Shown in pieces: positions 28,468 through 32,000 of a stretch of 32,000 bases of DNA. The notes below the pieces were generated by a model. That model did not search any database. It saw only the letters and a program-made list of their open reading frames with translations, and had not been told where the DNA came from. The position numbers were made by a program, and so were the translations under genes. The stretch is from Candidatus Heimdallarchaeota archaeon B3_Heim (lineage in GTDB: Archaea; Asgardarchaeota; Heimdallarchaeia; Hodarchaeales; Hodarchaeaceae): positions 90,001-122,000 of the forward strand of contig NJBF01000005.1 in the NCBI GenBank assembly GCA_003144275.1. The letters are read 5' to 3'. Each line of letters opens with the position of its first letter. Positions within the stretch are counted from its first letter, which is position 1.

Positions 28468-30021
28468 TTGGAAAGGGATGAAATAATAAGGATTTTTCTT
28501 CAATTCAATTATAATATTGGTGCGGAAACTTTAGAATATATTAAAAACCAGAATATTTCAGAGAAGGAATTAAAAGCCTTATTGAAAAGTCAAACTCTGA
28601 TAGAACCAGTGATTTCAGTAAACATCTTAAAAGAGGGAATTAGAGGAAAATCAGCAAAGAAATTAGGAACCCCTTCTGCTTCTGAGGTTGAAAACAGGGT
28701 TCACATCAGAGAAAAATCCCCACTGCAGGAAACAGTGCGAAAGCCTGTAGAAAAACTACAATATTCTATAGATTTAGACATTCCCTATAAGCTATCACAG
28801 GAACCTAAAATCACAGTTTTTCGGAACCTATTTCTTGACCGATATCAATCACTATCAAGAATATTACTTGAAAATTTAGAACCAGAAACCACAGTCTTGA
28901 AGTACAACTTACAGCTTGAGGAAATTCCTCACCAGAGGGCTGGTATCCTTATTGGGATGATTCATGATACGCAAGTTTTACATACAAACCGCTTTGTAAT
29001 ACAACTAGAAGATCATCTAAGTGGCCATCTAACAAAATGCGTCATTGTAAAAGAAAGTCCATCATTTCCCGAATATAGGAGGATCCTAAGGGACTCAGTA
29101 ATAGGAGTATCCGGAGTATTACCAAAAAATTTTCATGAGGGACACCTGACTGCATTTTGGGGAAAAGATATCATTCGACCCTCCTTTAGAGCACATCACT
29201 TCGCAATTTCAGAACCCTCAACCAAAGTATTATGTCTTTCGGATATACACATTGGTTCTAAAAGATTTTCAAACCGTTTATTCTCCCGTCTTGTCGCATA
29301 TTTAAATGAAAAAGTTAATATACCAGATTTCCCATTTTCTGCTGAGAAGATTTCCTCTATTATCATTGCTGGAGATTTAGTGGAGGGAACAGGGGTTGTA
29401 ACAAAGGAAGACAGTAAACTTAGTATCGACTCCTTTGAAGTACAATATGAACAACTCACCAAGTTACTGAATGAAATTCCAGAGCGCATTACAATATTCA
29501 CAATTCCTGGAGAACATGATGCGTCTCAATTGGCTATCCCCCAACCGGCAATTGACAAGAAGATTGGAAAATCTCTATATTCGCTTCCAAATGTAAAAAA
29601 CCACGGAAATCCTCTTCGTCTAACAATCAACGGGATGAAATTCTTGATTTTCCATGCACAAAGTTGTGAAAATAGCTTTCATCGACTATTGAAAATTGAA
29701 CAGACTTCCCTGATAAATGGCTTCAAAGAATTACTGGAATATCGTCATTTATCACCAGAATATGGATCATTTGCTGCATACGCACCTTATTCAAAAGATT
29801 ATCTTGTGATTAATGAAATGCCAGATGTATTAGTGACGGGGCATTTTCATCAAGCTGGAAAGGAGATATACAAAGGTGTACGTATAGCTACATGCGGAAC
29901 ATTCAAGAATCCTCACAAAACAACAGAAAAAACATATGCATTAACTTCTGTTGGTGTGTTTCCAGTTATAGATACGGGAACGGGGGAAATAACAATGATA
30001 GATCTGAAACAAATTCCTTAA
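28468..30021 (+). CDS. polD1: DNA polymerase D small subunit DP1-like (OB fold plus calcineurin-like phosphoesterase)
   Basis: LSDIHIGS, GDLVEG, PGEHDA, RHLSPEYG, PDVLVTGHFH; OB-fold IQLED. TTG start behind GGAG. Confidence 0.88.
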   Translation: MERDEIIRIFLQFNYNIGAETLEYIKNQNISEKELKALLKSQTLIEPVISVNILKEGIRGKSAKKLGTPSASEVENRVHIREKSPLQETVRKPVEKLQYSIDLDIPYKLSQEPKITVFRNLFLDRYQSLSRILLENLEPETTVLKYNLQLEEIPHQRAGILIGMIHDTQVLHTNRFVIQLEDHLSGHLTKCVIVKESPSFPEYRRILRDSVIGVSGVLPKNFHEGHLTAFWGKDIIRPSFRAHHFAISEPSTKVLCLSDIHIGSKRFSNRLFSRLVAYLNEKVNIPDFPFSAEKISSIIIAGDLVEGTGVVTKEDSKLSIDSFEVQYEQLTKLLNEIPERITIFTIPGEHDASQLAIPQPAIDKKIGKSLYSLPNVKNHGNPLRLTINGMKFLIFHAQSCENSFHRLLKIEQTSLINGFKELLEYRHLSPEYGSFAAYAPYSKDYLVINEMPDVLVTGHFHQAGKEIYKGVRIATCGTFKNPHKTTEKTYALTSVGVFPVIDTGTGEITMIDLKQIP

Positions 30022-31259
30022 TAACGATTGAAGTCAAATTGTTTATCTTTCTGTAACGTAGATTCAACTAAGGAACGGGGAATACTAAAATGAATCTCCT
30101 TAGTTCTTCCATGTCTACCTCTAGACACCACACGTGCAGATATAATACCGAGAGCGTCAAGCTCGTTGATTAAATCTCCAACACGTCGCTGTGTAAGTGA
30201 GTCCATACCCGCATCACGGCACAATTGGACATATCTCTCGTATACATCACCCGTCGAGACAGCATCGGGATCACTTGTAACATTTTCAAGTTGATAGATG
30301 GAGGAAATGACAAATTTTGACTGAACAGGAAGAGTGCTGATAACTTCAGTGATTGTATTTCGTTCAATCGCTCCTTGGGCCTTCTTAACATGGGATTGAG
30401 TAATAACTTCCGAGTGTTCGCGTTCGGCAATTTCTGCTGCAACCCGAAGTAAATCCATAGCTCTTCGTGCATCACCATGCTCCTGAGCGGCAATGGCAGC
30501 GATCATATTGATAACACCTTTATCTAAGGTGTTAGGACGAAAAGCTAATTCTGCTCTTTCAACAAGAATATCAGTTATTTCTGGAGCCTCGTATGGTTTA
30601 AAAACAAGTTCTTCTTCTGAAAGAGAGGAGAGAACACGAGGATCTAAATAATCCTTAAATTTCAGATCGTTAGAAATCCCAATAATGCTAACTTTGGCAC
30701 TAGAAAGATCTGAATTAATACGAGTTAAACTATAAAGTGTTTCATTCCCAGATTTTTTGATTAGACTATCAATTTCGTCCAATACAACAATGAAAAGTGA
30801 TTCCCGCTGATCTAGACCTTGTTTAAATCGAGTAAAAACTTCATCAGTTGCAAGACCAGTGAAGGGGACTTCAATGCCTAAGGTACTACAAAGATCGGCA
30901 AAGACACGATAGTTGGTGTCGACATTATTACAATTTAGATAAGCCACTTCAACTCGTAAACCATGATCGGGTGCTTTTTCCTTTAACATGCTTAAAACAT
31001 ACTTAGAAACAGCAGTCTTACCAGTACCAGTTTTACCGAAGCACAAGATATTACTAGGTTTAGCTCCTCGTAAAACAGAGGCTAAAATATAGCCCAATTG
31101 CTTAATTTGTTCCGTTCGGTGGGGAAGATTCTTAGGTACAAAGGAACTATCTAAAACATCGCGTCTCTGAAATAGTTTAGGTGATTTAAGATACCCCTCA
31201 AAGATTTCATCTAATGTTAAATCCGAATCATCGTTTTGTTTCAATCGTAATGCACCCAC
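30018..31259 (-). CDS. cdc6: Orc1/Cdc6 replication initiator
   Basis: Walker A GKTGTGKT, Walker B VLDEID, HGDARRAMDLLR, winged helix GRHGRT. True start may be TTG 31244 behind GGTGGGTG. Confidence 0.96.
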   Translation of the reverse strand: MGALRLKQNDDSDLTLDEIFEGYLKSPKLFQRRDVLDSSFVPKNLPHRTEQIKQLGYILASVLRGAKPSNILCFGKTGTGKTAVSKYVLSMLKEKAPDHGLRVEVAYLNCNNVDTNYRVFADLCSTLGIEVPFTGLATDEVFTRFKQGLDQRESLFIVVLDEIDSLIKKSGNETLYSLTRINSDLSSAKVSIIGISNDLKFKDYLDPRVLSSLSEEELVFKPYEAPEITDILVERAELAFRPNTLDKGVINMIAAIAAQEHGDARRAMDLLRVAAEIAEREHSEVITQSHVKKAQGAIERNTITEVISTLPVQSKFVISSIYQLENVTSDPDAVSTGDVYERYVQLCRDAGMDSLTQRRVGDLINELDALGIISARVVSRGRHGRTKEIHFSIPRSLVESTLQKDKQFDFNRY

Positions 31260-31407
31260 CGAAATCTTAGCAAATCTACACTTCCAATAGCATTACCAGT
31301 ATTTCCTATCGAAGAATTTAAATTGAACGCTAGCTCGACGAAAATGAAGGAAGCGTGTATTATGAAAAAACAAGTAAAAAAAATCTCTTCAAATCTCATA
31401 CAAGTCT

Positions 31408-31731
31408 TTATTCATCTGGAAGAGAGAGAATGGAAGCAGTTCTCGACACGGTGACTTGAGATTCCCTCTTACGTCTGATATCCTCCAACTTTTCGAGGAG
31501 GGAAGTAATATCAAAATGCTGTTTGAATCGGGAATCAATCGAGCTTAACTTTTGCCAGGCAAGTTCAGGACTACGACCTAAATACTTCCAAGAATATTTA
31601 CCTGCTTGTTTCCCTTCTAAACGAGCAGAGTGATAAGTGACGAGCCACAAGTAGGGACCGTGATAGACCCCATCATTACATCGACAGCCAGCTTTCCCGC
31701 ACTTCTGCCATTTAGCAAGGACAGAGACCAT
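31408..31731 (-). CDS. DUF6788-like small putative Zn-binding protein
   Basis: KCGKAGCRCNDGVYHGPYLW...GKYSWKYLG matches the CGK.xCxC..HGPY family as recalled; followed by a helical tail. Confidence 0.65.
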   Translation of the reverse strand: MVSVLAKWQKCGKAGCRCNDGVYHGPYLWLVTYHSARLEGKQAGKYSWKYLGRSPELAWQKLSSIDSRFKQHFDITSLLEKLEDIRRKRESQVTVSRTASILSLPDE

Positions 31732-31793
31732 ATTTGGGTAAGGATCTTCACAGAAATTTATAGATTTCTTACCATATCATTATTCTAAAGAAA

Positions 31794-31982
31794 TCACTTA
31801 GATTCATTATCGATAGTTTTAAGGGATCTAATCGACTCATGAACGACTTTGAAGGTTTCTAGCTCCTTATCCAATCGATTAAGGGCACGTTTATATGCAG
31901 ATTCATCAATTTCTTCGGTAGCTTTGACTTCGGTAAGTGCATTTCGGGCAAACGCGTTCTGATTCTCTAATAAATGAACCAT
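31794..31982 (-). CDS. Small helical/coiled-coil hypothetical protein
   Basis: 62 aa, amphipathic (YKRALNRLDKELETFKVVHESI), GGGAG upstream, co-oriented with the DUF6788-like gene. Confidence 0.5.
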   Translation of the reverse strand: MVHLLENQNAFARNALTEVKATEEIDESAYKRALNRLDKELETFKVVHESIRSLKTIDNESK

Positions 31983-32000
31983 TTTATGTTGTTGCTCCCG

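Noticed and set aside
568-30493. Other short track ORFs (e.g. 568, 1798, 2988, 3759, 7769, 9474, 9786, 10563, 10783, 11100, 11875, 12054, 12986, 14150, 20105, 20345, 21562, 22997, 23243, 24857, 25576, 26360, 29196, 30170)
   Set aside because: All overlap confidently identified genes in another frame or strand, largely or entirely, and lack family motifs.
31260-31407. Replication origin (ORB repeats) upstream of cdc6
   Set aside because: No ORB or mini-ORB consensus or repeated boxes were seen.
1-32000. tRNA, rRNA genes or CRISPR arrays
   Set aside because: No cloverleaf or T-loop signatures and no regularly spaced direct repeats were seen in any intergenic gap.

Overview
This is an AT-rich archaeal chromosomal window. 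It is most likely from an Asgard (Heimdallarchaeia-like) genome, inferred from the unsplit rpoB, L31e/L39e/eIF6/LX, an STT3-like AglB, an Asgard-style TPR protein and AGGTG(A/G) Shine-Dalgarno motifs. It is mostly core genes in five blocks. (1) A polyamine/agmatine cluster (agmatinase, fold-III PLP decarboxylase, deoxyhypusine synthase, TiaS, TPR protein) next to a partial kbl-like gene. (2) A scrambled translation/transcription super-operon: DUF106, L34e, TruD, L11 divergent from L1, L39e, L31e, eIF6, LX, prefoldin alpha, FtsY, P0, Spt5, SecE and an isolated RpoB. (3) About 0.7 kb upstream of rpoB, a decayed tnpB 3' fragment interrupted by a 356-bp non-coding element in the opposite orientation that carries a homologous IS200/IS605 right end (omegaRNA region). 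(4) DUF92, an APH-like kinase, ValRS, UPF0148, a PRC-barrel protein and AglB. (5) A PolD DP1-like gene convergent with cdc6/orc1, followed by a DUF6788-like Zn protein and a small coiled-coil ORF. No tRNA, rRNA or CRISPR array was seen. All family calls come from motif recognition by eye; no database searches were run.
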